Shown here: positions 54,712-64,000 of the stretch, piece by piece
How the letters are laid out: every line of letters starts with the position of its first letter
Numbering within the stretch: the first letter of the stretch is position 1
Origin: a virus
Reading direction: 5' to 3' (one strand)
Length of the DNA: 64,000 nt
Virus record (IMG/VR): IMGVR_UViG_3300045988_106448
Made by a program: the position numbers and the translations under genes
The notes under the pieces: model-generated
The model's input: only the letters and a program-made list of their open reading frames with translations
The model's database searches: none
What the model was told of the DNA's origin: nothing

Positions 54712-57700
54712 GAGAAATTTAATGGATTATACCCTGATATCAGATTACGTTGTTGATATCGGGGGTAAGACATTCGAGTTATACAAGCCCGCTCATGATG
54801 GAGCGTTATTCGATGACGACTTTAATTTCGTGGGGATTCCCGCTAATCCTGACCGGGCTTCGGTAGAGGAATCGTCTACGGAAACTGAATGTGATTTTTA
54901 CGCTTACCGTTTCGGTGGGGTGTGGTATATGCTACCACGAGGAAAAGAGAACGAGGTAAAATTGATTCGGTTAAAATACGTGGGTGCGGCACTTCAGGAA
55001 GTTCCTACACGGGTATTTCTGGGGGTGCATGGTCAGTACGAAATGATGTCCGGGTCAGGCACGTATAAAGAATGGTGCCAGAAGGCGAAGTTTTTAGGGG
55101 TTCACACGTTAGGTATCTGTGAGAAAAACAGTTTAGCCGGGGCGTTAAAATTCCAAACGGAATGTATCGCTGCCGGGTTAAAGAGCGTGATTGGAATGGA
55201 GTGCAGCGTGTATGATGAACCAAACGATTATGCTTTCACGGCTAAGGTGTACGCTCGCAATGAAAAGGGATGGAAGGACTTGTTGACAATAAACAAGTTT
55301 ATAAATTGTGACAATCCTAAATATATAGGAGTTGCCGACTTTCGGAATATTACTCGTGGCAATAATGATCTTGTGGTATTTTTAGACCCCAAGGCGTTGG
55401 ACTATGACAAGATTGGAATGTTGGGTATTGCGGGGATTACCAATTTATACCAATTAGACCCGGCTATATACACCGCCGAAAAGCGTGACGAGTGGTACTT
55501 GAAGAATCTTAAAAAGTTCTTTCATGACAAGTCGCTGACAGCCGTGGCGGCTATTGATGCGTGGTATTTGGATGAAGAATACAGTTGTATTCGACCTCGG
55601 TTACACAGCATGGGGAACACGATAGCCTATGCAAGTGAGAATCAGTATTTCAAATCAAACGATGAATACTTGTTAGAATTGTCAGAGTTATTCCCTAAAA
55701 CTGATGAAGGGTTCGAAATGGCGTATAACAAATTCATGGATGCGATAGACGTGTTGGAAAACGTTGCCGAGGCGATTACCTTTACCATAGACGTCAAGAA
55801 ACGCCACTTACCCCACTACAAAATGACAAAGGAGGAGGCGGCAGAGTTTGACAACAATGAGGATCTCTTTTGGTCTCTTATAGACAAGGGGCTTGAGGCT
55901 CATCCTGACTTAATTGAGGATTGGGGTGAAGAGGTTATTATGGAGCGTATTGAGAGGGAAGTGGGGGTTATAAAGCTAGGTGAAGCGATTGATTACTTTT
56001 TAATCACGTGGGACATTATCAATTGGTGCCACCGTAACGGTATCATGACGGGGATTAGTCGTGGGAGTGCCGGAGGTTGTTTGGTATCATATCTGTTGGG
56101 TATTACCAAACTTGATCCCATGCGGTATGACTTACTGTTCGAGCGTTTCTTGAATGCGGGTCGTGTGAAGGTTTCCCTACCTGATATTGACTGTGATTAC
56201 CCCGGTGAAGACCGTCCTCGTGTAAAGAAGTACATGGAGGAACGTTACGGGTGGAAACAGGTGTGTTCGGTAGGAACGTACAGTGCTCTACAATTACGTG
56301 CGGCTCTTAAAGCCTTGTCACGGGTGTACGGTTTGCAATTCAAGGACGTTAACGACATGATGAAGTTGTTTGACGTGAAAGACCGTAAGCCGGAAGACCT
56401 GTTTAAGATAGCGTGTGCCCACCCCGTTGTTAAACACTTTGTCAAGGAACACCCGGATTTGATTAACGAAGCGATGCTCGTGATGCCCGCACCGTTGGCG
56501 CAGTCTATTCATGCTTGCGCCATGATGGTATTCCCAGATGAAAACGATATGTTTAGATGGGTGCCTATTCGTAAACAGGGGGACGAGTACGTTACCGAAT
56601 GGGAAGGTGGTGAGATGGATGCAGCCGGGTTCTTGAAAGAAGACGTGCTAGGGGTGAAACAGTTTGACAAGTTTCAGGACATGGTACGTTTGATTAAAGA
56701 ACATGAAGGTGTAGACCTTGATATTTTTAGCGTGCCGTTGGATGACCCTGAAGTGTACGCCTATTTCCAAAATGGGTGGAATGAAGATAACTTCCACTTC
56801 GGCAGTAACGGGCTAACCGGGTATTGCAAGCAAATGAAGCCTGAAAATATAGAGGACTTGATTGCGGCTATATCCCTGTACCGCCCCGGTGCGATGGAGA
56901 ACAACTTCCATAATGAATACGTGTTGCGTAAGGAGGGCACTAACAAGGTAGAGTATTTCGTTGGTACGAAAGATATTCTTAAGAATACGTATGGAGTGTT
57001 CGCTTATCAGGAACAGATCATGCAGTTATGCCGAGAGTTAGGAGGGTTGTCATTGGTGGAAGCAGATGACGTGCGTAAAGCGATGGTGAAGAAGAAGTAC
57101 GAGGCGTTACAGCAATACAAGGAAAGATTTATTCCCTATTACCGGGATAACTACGGCGTTAGCCAAGAATACAGCGAGAAGGTGTGGGATGCCATTGACA
57201 AGGCTTCAACGTACTTGTTTAACCGTAGCCACGCCGCCGCCTATGCCATTACCGGATACATTTCCCAATGGATTAAGGTGCATTATCCGATAGAGTATTG
57301 GTCGGTAGCGTTTAAATACGCCCAAGACTTTGATTACCCCCGGTACATTGCGGAAATTAATAAGACGGGGGTCTGCACGGTGCGTCCTGTGGATATTAAC
57401 TTGTCGGCGTTGGATGTTACCATTAACTTTAAAGAAAAGGCTCTGTATTGGTCTATAACCGGAATAAAACAAGTAGCGGAAAAAGCCGCAACCCAAATTT
57501 TAAAAGAGCGTGAAGAGAATGGTGATTACTATTCGTTGGATGATTTCGTGGTTCGGCATAAATGGAAGGGTTCGGCGGTTAATAGCCGTATCATACGAAA
57601 CCTAATTTTAGCGGGGGCGTTTGACAAGTTGGAAAACGTGCAGGAACCTTCAGATCGTATTGATTTGTTGATTAATTTCTTAGGTTCTACTAATACCGAA

Positions 57701-58171
57701 ATTAAAGATGATGACCCGGTACTTGAAGGGGCTGACAAGCACATGGGAGATGCGTGGTGGTGGGCACTCATGCAAAAGAAAGTGTCCGGGTTGGCATTCT
57801 TTGATTATCGTGGCATTTACGAACGATACGGTGGGGGACAATTCCCGCCCGAGTACGTGTATTCTGAAATAGAGGAGTGTCAAGGTGAAACCCTTCCTAA
57901 CGGTAATCAGGTTATTGTAGCCGGGTTCGTTACGGAGTTTGAACTTAAGAAGACACGTAAGGGCGAAATGATGTGTAAAATACTGTTGGAAAATAATTAT
58001 GACTTCCTAGAAGTTATGGTATTCCAATCAGAGTTTGAAACATTAAGGGACTACCTGACCGGGCGTGGGGACATCATCATGCTGAATGGCTCGATAGCGT
58101 ATGATAAACGCAAGGAAGTAAACATTTTAAGGGCGAATTTCGAAACGAATATCGTCACTTTAACGTTATAA
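54686..58171 (+). CDS. dnaE: DNA polymerase III alpha-type (DnaE-like) replicative polymerase with an N-terminal PHP domain, 1161 aa
   Basis: PHP region 'VFLGVHGQYEMMSGSGTYKEWCQKAKFLGVHTLGICEKNSLAG'. Palm motif 'GISRGSAGGCLVSYLLGITKLDP' (compare DnaE 'GPGRGSAAGSLVAY.LGIT.IDP'). 'FDKLENV' clamp-binding-like C-terminal region. Confidence 0.8.
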   Translation: MKDFLAYLERNLMDYTLISDYVVDIGGKTFELYKPAHDGALFDDDFNFVGIPANPDRASVEESSTETECDFYAYRFGGVWYMLPRGKENEVKLIRLKYVGAALQEVPTRVFLGVHGQYEMMSGSGTYKEWCQKAKFLGVHTLGICEKNSLAGALKFQTECIAAGLKSVIGMECSVYDEPNDYAFTAKVYARNEKGWKDLLTINKFINCDNPKYIGVADFRNITRGNNDLVVFLDPKALDYDKIGMLGIAGITNLYQLDPAIYTAEKRDEWYLKNLKKFFHDKSLTAVAAIDAWYLDEEYSCIRPRLHSMGNTIAYASENQYFKSNDEYLLELSELFPKTDEGFEMAYNKFMDAIDVLENVAEAITFTIDVKKRHLPHYKMTKEEAAEFDNNEDLFWSLIDKGLEAHPDLIEDWGEEVIMERIEREVGVIKLGEAIDYFLITWDIINWCHRNGIMTGISRGSAGGCLVSYLLGITKLDPMRYDLLFERFLNAGRVKVSLPDIDCDYPGEDRPRVKKYMEERYGWKQVCSVGTYSALQLRAALKALSRVYGLQFKDVNDMMKLFDVKDRKPEDLFKIACAHPVVKHFVKEHPDLINEAMLVMPAPLAQSIHACAMMVFPDENDMFRWVPIRKQGDEYVTEWEGGEMDAAGFLKEDVLGVKQFDKFQDMVRLIKEHEGVDLDIFSVPLDDPEVYAYFQNGWNEDNFHFGSNGLTGYCKQMKPENIEDLIAAISLYRPGAMENNFHNEYVLRKEGTNKVEYFVGTKDILKNTYGVFAYQEQIMQLCRELGGLSLVEADDVRKAMVKKKYEALQQYKERFIPYYRDNYGVSQEYSEKVWDAIDKASTYLFNRSHAAAYAITGYISQWIKVHYPIEYWSVAFKYAQDFDYPRYIAEINKTGVCTVRPVDINLSALDVTINFKEKALYWSITGIKQVAEKAATQILKEREENGDYYSLDDFVVRHKWKGSAVNSRIIRNLILAGAFDKLENVQEPSDRIDLLINFLGSTNTEIKDDDPVLEGADKHMGDAWWWALMQKKVSGLAFFDYRGIYERYGGGQFPPEYVYSEIEECQGETLPNGNQVIVAGFVTEFELKKTRKGEMMCKILLENNYDFLEVMVFQSEFETLRDYLTGRGDIIMLNGSIAYDKRKEVNILRANFETNIVTLTL

Positions 58172-58187
58172 ACGTAAATAAAAGATT

Positions 58188-58724
58188 ATGGAAATACTCG
58201 TGCATTTTAACGGAGTACCCGTTACGTTACAAACAAACGGTTTCGAAGACCGTATAGACATTGACCGTTTAACTTCAATTGATTATGGTAATCTTTACGG
58301 AGAAGCCGTGACAGTTAGTGCCCTCTTGAATAAAGTGGGTATGTTACGGGCAGAAGCCGAAAAGACCATGAACGAAAAGAAGTTGGAGAAGGAGATTTAC
58401 GAAGCTGACTTGCGCCGTATGTGGCGGCGTGAAGCCAACCGTAACCAAGGGCGGTTTACGATAGAAGGGGAGGAAATTAAATTGTCTGAGAAGGCGTTGG
58501 ACGAAGCGGTAATCCTCGATGAGGAATATCAGAAGATAGCCCTAGAGCATATTGAAGCCCAAAAGAATTTTAATATGCTTGATGCGTTATTGTGGGCGGT
58601 TCAGGACAAGTCTAGAAAATTGAATAATGTTTTAAAACCTGTAACTCCTACGGAATTTCTTAACGAGTTAGTGGAGGGAGCCGTAAATAGTTTTACAATA
58701 ACTAGGAAAGGTTTTAACCGTTAA
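58188..58724 (+). CDS. Hypothetical protein, 178 aa, in the replication/recombination region
   Basis: ORF with ATG start. Charged and predicted helical. Confidence 0.4.
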   Translation: MEILVHFNGVPVTLQTNGFEDRIDIDRLTSIDYGNLYGEAVTVSALLNKVGMLRAEAEKTMNEKKLEKEIYEADLRRMWRREANRNQGRFTIEGEEIKLSEKALDEAVILDEEYQKIALEHIEAQKNFNMLDALLWAVQDKSRKLNNVLKPVTPTEFLNELVEGAVNSFTITRKGFNR

Positions 58725-58735
58725 CAAAAAGAATT

Positions 58736-59041
58736 ATGGCAACAGTACATGAAATTAATTTTGACGAATACATTCAGCTAGACGATGTCTATTTTGTGAA
58801 GCCTTGCGAAAATGCAAGAGAGAGATTTGATTTATTTGAATTGAAGGAGGCTTCTAATGCAAAGCGTTACCCGGATGGTAAGATGGATGATGTAGCCTAC
58901 GGCTTGACATTAGAAGGTTGTATTGAGCGGGTATGTCACATAAGAGCACAGGAAGACAATACGGAATTGGAAGGTTATTTAAACAAGTTGCGAGAAGTAA
59001 ATAAGGAAATTAGAGAAACATTGATTGATTATTGTAAATAG
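58736..59041 (+). CDS. Hypothetical protein, 101 aa
   Basis: ORF with 'attATGGCA' start context. Confidence 0.4.
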   Translation: MATVHEINFDEYIQLDDVYFVKPCENARERFDLFELKEASNAKRYPDGKMDDVAYGLTLEGCIERVCHIRAQEDNTELEGYLNKLREVNKEIRETLIDYCK

Positions 59042-59048
59042 AAAAATT

Positions 59049-60473
59049 ATGGCATTTGACAGAAACCAATGGAAGGCAGCTTCACTTGATACGGTGAAGA
59101 AAACTGTAAAAGAAGGTAAACAACATGACACGTTCTTCGGGAACCGCAGTGGCAACCGTGCGAACTTTTACAAGAATGAAGATGGCGTGGTAGTGAAACG
59201 TGTACTCCCACCGCACAAACCGGGGGATTCCCCATACGTTCCCTCTATGACCGCTCAGTTGGAGTGTGAAGTGGAAAAGTATGACAAGGAAGGTAAAGTT
59301 ACCGGAAAGGAAGTCGCTAACAAGAAAATTTTCATCGCTACTCTTCATGGTGGTTACGAGAAAGACCCGATTGAAGAATACATTCGCCGAGTGTACATGA
59401 AGGCAGATGAGAACTACCAAGACAAGGAGGAAAAGGCAAAATTCTTAGCCCCTGTTACCGGGTACAGAATTAAAAGTTCTGGGAAGTGGGTATGGGGTAT
59501 TAAACCTCGGTTGGAGTACGTTTGTTATATGTACATCAACAAAGAGATATACCGGGATACTTTTGACCCGAAACTGATGGAAGCACTGAACCGTGAATCT
59601 GAGAAATTGTGCGCCCAAAACGAGGACGAAACGGCAATTGATATGTTCAGTGATCCGACCACGGGTTTCCCTATTCAATGGGATCAATTCAAGGATGACA
59701 AGGGTAAACGGCAGGTAGATATCAAACCGTTACCGTTGAAACGTAACGAAACGTGGGACGAGTATTTCGAGAAACATCAGGTGCCGGATGCAGTTCTTGA
59801 TAAGTTGATGGAAATGAAGAGCCTGAAAGAATTGTACGTGAATTGCTACCGCAAACGTGACTTTGAATTGGCTTTGGACGGTTTGAAACGTTTTGACGAC
59901 AAGAACGGGTACGGTATATTTGCAGACGATGAATTCCTTGATTTCATCGAGGACATGGCTGCACAGGTAGAGGCAAACGAAGGAACTCAACCTGAGGAGG
60001 GTGCTGCCGATGATCTACCGTTTGAGGAAGTGCCTGAAAAAGAGGAAAAGAAGAGTGCCCCGGTTGCTAAAGTCCCTGCAAAGAAAGCCCCGACGCCTGC
60101 CAAGAAGAAAGCAGAACCTACCGATGAGGAAAAGTTGGCTATCGTGAATGTGGAATTCGTGCGGCAGTACGGTGATGACTACGCTGAATTAGAATTAGAG
60201 GGTGAAGAACTTGAGGAGGCGTATCAATTGGCTATCAAACACGAAGACCTCGGTTATGACATTGACCATGTACCGGGTTGGGATCAACCGGAGGAAGAGC
60301 CAGAACCTGAAGAGGAGCCCGCTCCAGAACCTCCTAAAAAGACACCGGGTAAGAAAACCACGGCAGCAGCCGCCCCGGTTACACCCCCGGCAAACGCTAA
60401 CAGTAGCGATGGCAAACGGGCAGCAGATAAGATACGTGAGATGCGTGAAAGACGTAAACAACAACAGCAGTAA
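59049..60473 (+). CDS. Possible gp32-like ssDNA-binding protein with a long acidic low-complexity C-terminal tail, 474 aa
   Basis: The ORF-track start is a TTG; the ATG is at 59049. 'GVVVKRVLPPHKPGD' resembles the gp32 'QAVIRFLPSKNDE' core region. C-terminal 'PEEEPEPEEEPAPEPP' acidic tail. Located between the polymerase and the recombination genes. Confidence 0.3.
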   Translation: MAFDRNQWKAASLDTVKKTVKEGKQHDTFFGNRSGNRANFYKNEDGVVVKRVLPPHKPGDSPYVPSMTAQLECEVEKYDKEGKVTGKEVANKKIFIATLHGGYEKDPIEEYIRRVYMKADENYQDKEEKAKFLAPVTGYRIKSSGKWVWGIKPRLEYVCYMYINKEIYRDTFDPKLMEALNRESEKLCAQNEDETAIDMFSDPTTGFPIQWDQFKDDKGKRQVDIKPLPLKRNETWDEYFEKHQVPDAVLDKLMEMKSLKELYVNCYRKRDFELALDGLKRFDDKNGYGIFADDEFLDFIEDMAAQVEANEGTQPEEGAADDLPFEEVPEKEEKKSAPVAKVPAKKAPTPAKKKAEPTDEEKLAIVNVEFVRQYGDDYAELELEGEELEEAYQLAIKHEDLGYDIDHVPGWDQPEEEPEPEEEPAPEPPKKTPGKKTTAAAAPVTPPANANSSDGKRAADKIREMRERRKQQQQ

Positions 60474-60483
60474 GAACGCAGGG

Positions 60484-60510
60484 AGCCCGTCTAACAAACG
60501 GGCTTCTTTA
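60484..60510 (+). terminator. Hairpin agcccgt-ctaacaa-acgggct followed by 'tcttta'
   Basis: 7-bp perfect stem at 60484-60504 in the 48-nt gap between the 60473 stop and the 60522 ATG. Confidence 0.4.
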
Positions 60511-60521
60511 ACTTCCTTAAT

Positions 60522-61556
60522 ATGGGTAAACAAGCGATAGCGATAATAAGTACCGATAAACACCTGAACGAAAACAACGCATTAGAACTTCTTGATCTTG
60601 CGGATCAGGAAATAAATCTGGCGCATGAATTAGGTGTTAATACGGTGATATGGCTAGGGGATATCTTTGATTCCCGTATTAGCCAACGACAAGAATTGCT
60701 CACGTGCCTTGACCAGATGTTGGATATGTATGCGGATGCTGATCTTTCATTGATTTGCATACCCGGCAACCATGACAAAACGGATTACGAGGCGGATGAA
60801 AGTTTCCTAACTCCGTACCGTCACCACCCTAATTTTGATTTAATAGAAACCCCGCAGGCACGGGTAATTGAAGGTATTGATTTTGATTTCGTGCCCTTTT
60901 ACAGTCAGGACGTGTGGTTAAAGAAGTTTGCCACGTTGACACCCCCGGCGGGTAAGAAATCCGTACTGTGTAGTCACACGGCGGTTCAGGGTTCTATTAA
61001 TAATGACGGGCGTGAAGTGAGTAGTAAGATTAAATTGAAACTCCTGACCAAGTACGGCAAAGTGTTTTTAGGGCATTACCACAACGCACAACAACCGGGA
61101 GCCACGGTGTTTCACCTACCGAGTACTCGACAAAATAATTTCGGTGAAGATGACGAAAAGGGTTTTACCGTGCTGTACAGTGACCTCTCAACAACGTTGG
61201 TAAAGGGTCAATTTAAGCCGTACAAGACGATAGCGTTGGAAGCCTCTACCGTTACCCCCAAACAGTTAAAAGAACTGTCTGAGACCGATACAGAGGAGTG
61301 TAACGTGCGGGTAGTTTTAACGGGTACACGAGAGGATGTGAAATCTATCAACAAGAAAATGTTAGAGCAGAAAGGTATCGTTATAAAAACCAAGTATGAT
61401 GACATAGAAGTTGTGGAAACCGAAGAGGTTGAAGTGCTGCAAGAACTTTCTGGAAGCGATTTAAAGGAGAAATTTAAAACCTTTTGCGAAGAGAAAGGGT
61501 ACGAGTATGAAGAAGGCTTTAAACTATTAAAAGAAGTAATGAAATGGCAGGAATAG
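60522..61556 (+). CDS. sbcD: Mre11/SbcD-like metallophosphoesterase nuclease, gp47-like
   Basis: Calcineurin-like motifs: 'ISTDKHL' (D-x-H), 'IWLGDIFD' (GD), 'GNHDK' (GNHD), 'GHYH' (GH-H). Confidence 0.7.
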   Translation: MGKQAIAIISTDKHLNENNALELLDLADQEINLAHELGVNTVIWLGDIFDSRISQRQELLTCLDQMLDMYADADLSLICIPGNHDKTDYEADESFLTPYRHHPNFDLIETPQARVIEGIDFDFVPFYSQDVWLKKFATLTPPAGKKSVLCSHTAVQGSINNDGREVSSKIKLKLLTKYGKVFLGHYHNAQQPGATVFHLPSTRQNNFGEDDEKGFTVLYSDLSTTLVKGQFKPYKTIALEASTVTPKQLKELSETDTEECNVRVVLTGTREDVKSINKKMLEQKGIVIKTKYDDIEVVETEEVEVLQELSGSDLKEKFKTFCEEKGYEYEEGFKLLKEVMKWQE

Positions 61557-62503
61557 AAGATTTAGTAAATAATTTACAAAAGAAGTTCGGTAAAGAAACC
61601 GTGGTAACTGAACCCGCTGACGTGGACTTTTGTTCATCCGGTTCTATGGGATTGGATTTGGCGTTGGGCGGTGGCTACGCTTTCGGGCGTATTATAGAGT
61701 TACGTGGGTTTGAATCTTCCGGCAAAACTACTCTAGCGCTGCACGCCATACGAGAAGCACAAAAGGCAACCGGAAAGGCGGTTGTTTACGTTGACCGTGA
61801 GAACGCTTTGGATTTAAATTACGCTTCCTCTATCGGGGTAGACGTAGACCCGTCCAAATTCATCTTATGTCAACCCGACACGGCTGAGGAATGTCTCGAG
61901 GTGGTGCGGGAAGTAATTAAATCGAAAGACATTTGTGCGGTCGTGGTGGATAGCGTGGCAGCCATGTTTCCTAAATGCTATTTGGACGCTGACGTGGGTG
62001 ACGCCAAGATGGGGGTTCTCGCTCGTTTGATGTCCGCATGGTTACCGGGTTTCGTTGGGGATATGAAATCCAATAATATATTAGGGATATTCATTAACCA
62101 ATACCGTGAGAAGATTGGCGTCTTTTACGGTGATCCTACCACCACCCCCGGCGGTAAATCTTTGGGTTATTACGCCTCTCAGATTATTACCATAGCCAAG
62201 TCTGGAACGGTGGGTGATAAGGGTGAGGAAACTGCCATACACGTGAAATTGAAGGTGGCTAAGAACAAGGTTGCTCCTCCCCTACGGACGACTGAATTTG
62301 ATATTCGCTTTGGAGAGGGTATTGACAAGCTGTCGGAACTCATAACGTTGGGAACTGAAAAGGAAGTTATCACTCGTGCGGGGGCTTTCTACCGTTTTGG
62401 TAATACCACGTTGGGTCAAGGGGCTGAACGTGCCCGGCAGTATTTGAAAGAACACCCTGACACGGCAAAGAAAATAGAGGAAGCAATTCTTAAAACGATT
62501 TAG
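61544..62503 (+). CDS. recA: RecA/UvsX-family recombinase
   Basis: '[34 protein letters not shown]' closely parallels the RecA Walker A region '[25 protein letters not shown]'. Confidence 0.8.
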   Translation: [319 protein letters not shown]

Positions 62504-62504
62504 T

Positions 62505-64000
62505 ATGAATTTGGTTTATTTACGTTTAGAGAATTTCCTGTCATTTAAAGAACTGTACCATGAATTTATTTCTGGTGCGGTTCTGGTACAGGGTAAGAAT
62601 CTCACCGAAATAGAAAGCAAGGAAACGAACGGGGCGGGTAAGAGTAGCATGGGCGCAGCCATAGCCAAAGCCGTTCTTGATAACGCCTTGCGTAAACAAG
62701 TCGTCGATGCCGATCTCATAACGTGGGGCGAAGAGGAGGCGCACATTTGGCTCGCCATGTACTGCCCGATCCGTAAGCAGACGTTAGAGATACATAGAAC
62801 GCTCCGTGTCAAGGGTGGGGCATCGTTGGAGTTAAAAGTAAATGAAGCCCGTGTTCAGGTGGCGACCCTTAAAGACGGCAACAATTACATTCTAAATTGG
62901 ATAGGGATAACTTCTGAGGATTTACGGAATTATTACTTTATCAATAAGGAGAATTTCAAGTCATTTGTTTCTTCATCGAACACCGATAAACTTTCCCTAA
63001 TAAGTAGGTTTATCAAAGCAGATGCCCTTGACGAAGTTGATGATATCGTGAAAGCCAAGAACGCCCCCATTAATGAACAAATAGAGGCGGCGTTGGTAGA
63101 GGTCAACACGGTACAGGGTGAATTAAACGCTTACACCACCCAATTAGAGAATGAGAAAGGGCGTGATCTCGAGGCAGAGCGTGACCAACAAATGCAGTCT
63201 TACATAGATAGAGTGGAAGATATCGCTACCGAGTTGGAACGCCACCAGAAGGACATTGAAAATTGTAACTTAGCGATAGAGGAATCTAACAAAACGATTG
63301 CCAAAGCCCAAGAAACTATTGACGTTACAAACAAGAAATTATCCAAGTTAGAATCTATTTCTTTTGAAGAGAAATACAGTGCCATTGATAAAGAACGTGC
63401 CACGGCAGATAAGGCTCTTGCGGAAGCCCGGCAGGAAATCAACGAGGTTAAGAATTTAGGGTTGGAATGTGAAGCGGAGATTAAACAACTTGAAACCTTC
63501 CTAAAAGGTGCTATCACGTGTCCTAAATGCGGGCATCATTTCGTACCAGATTCGGACGTGGAACTTACGGTGGAAGAGGCACAAGCTAAGATACGTGAAA
63601 ACAGGGAAGCCCAAACCCTAGCCGAAGTTGACATGGAAGAACTCAACGATCAGTTCAAAAAGTTGGCTGATCGGGTGGCAGAATTTGATAAGAAGTTTGT
63701 CAAGGTGCGCTCCGAAGAGCAAGAGAATGTTTCGGCGATGCGTGAAGTTCAGAAGTTGATAAGCCAATTAAAAGGTGATGTTGACCGTAGCAACGCCCGC
63801 ATAAAGATGTATCGTGCGCAAATTGCTGATAATGAAAAGAAGATTAGCAGGTGCGCCGAGGAGGCAGATTACATTGAAGCGCAGGCTAACAAGTTGGAAA
63901 GCCAACCCCTAATCAATCCTCGTGTTGATGAACTGGAAGAACAAATTGCGCTCGCCAACGTAAAACTAAAGAAGCGTGAGAAAACGGTGGACGCTTACCG
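62505..64000 (+). CDS. sbcC: Rad50/SbcC-like ATPase, gp46-like, 3'-truncated by the window end
   Basis: N-terminal 'LENFLSFKELYHEFISGAVLVQGKNLTEIESKETNGAGKSSM' (Walker A). Long coiled coil. CxxC zinc hook 'ITCPKCGHHF' at about 63520. No stop codon before 64000. Confidence 0.75.
   Translation, partial: MNLVYLRLENFLSFKELYHEFISGAVLVQGKNLTEIESKETNGAGKSSMGAAIAKAVLDNALRKQVVDADLITWGEEEAHIWLAMYCPIRKQTLEIHRTLRVKGGASLELKVNEARVQVATLKDGNNYILNWIGITSEDLRNYYFINKENFKSFVSSSNTDKLSLISRFIKADALDEVDDIVKAKNAPINEQIEAALVEVNTVQGELNAYTTQLENEKGRDLEAERDQQMQSYIDRVEDIATELERHQKDIENCNLAIEESNKTIAKAQETIDVTNKKLSKLESISFEEKYSAIDKERATADKALAEARQEINEVKNLGLECEAEIKQLETFLKGAITCPKCGHHFVPDSDVELTVEEAQAKIRENREAQTLAEVDMEELNDQFKKLADRVAEFDKKFVKVRSEEQENVSAMREVQKLISQLKGDVDRSNARIKMYRAQIADNEKKISRCAEEADYIEAQANKLESQPLINPRVDELEEQIALANVKLKKREKTVDAY

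Noticed and set aside
1-64000. tRNA or other structured RNA genes in intergenic gaps
   Set aside because: All gaps are under 170 nt except the 1-462 leader, which holds repeats and hairpins. None shows the cloverleaf arm spacing or a GTTC/TPsiC-like loop by eye. None was found, but a tRNAscan-SE run would be more reliable.

Overview
This 64-kb window reads as a contiguous stretch of a large tailed dsDNA phage genome, probably a myovirus-like virus of a Bacteroidota host. Every convincing gene is on the + strand and the genes are tightly packed, often with overlapping stop and start codons (TAATG/ATGA style). The sequence looks moderately AT-rich by eye. The host inference rests on BACON-like and Listeria-Bacteroides repeat domains, on recurring TAnnTTTG promoter -7 elements, and on the absence of Shine-Dalgarno sequences with many 'ATTATGGCA' starts.

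Modules in order:
- 1-460: a noncoding region with tandem repeats and a hairpin terminator.
- 463-5901: five uncharacterised K/E-rich and other proteins.
- 5908-13267: a head module containing portal, Mu-F/SPP1-gp7-like minor head protein, a Nudix-hydrolase fusion protein, an S78-like prohead protease, an acidic scaffold and the major capsid protein, followed by a strong terminator.
- 13354-17168: connector and neck proteins.
- 17229-23128: a paralogous pair of BACON/Flg_new-repeat adhesin-like proteins. One is split into N- and C-domain genes. The other is a 1390-aa protein with about 15 tandem repeats.
- 23259-34480: sheath, tube, chaperones, tape measure and baseplate proteins.
- 34560-36117: a lysis cassette of holin, a YkuD-like wall hydrolase and an i-spanin.
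- 36119-40508: tail fibres.
- 41169-47831: an HNH endonuclease, a DnaQ-like exonuclease, a large terminase carrying a 144-aa mini-intein in its P-loop, a DnaB-like helicase and a DnaG-like primase.
- 47822-49141: a dUTPase gene interrupted by an 870-nt group-I-intron-like element that encodes an HNH homing endonuclease.
- 49239-54711: a nucleotide-metabolism cluster. It contains a histone-H1-like protein, a P-loop kinase, a free-standing GIY-YIG endonuclease, an unknown 332-aa protein, a thymidylate-synthase-family enzyme, an HD phosphohydrolase and a second P-loop kinase. This gene set resembles phage thymidine replacement or hypermodification pathways.
- 54686-64000: a DnaE-type PolIII-alpha polymerase and a recombination module of Mre11/SbcD, RecA and Rad50/SbcC (the last runs off the window end).

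I found no rRNA, tRNA or CRISPR. Several ORF-track starts fall on TTG or GTG and were moved to the nearest downstream ATG.
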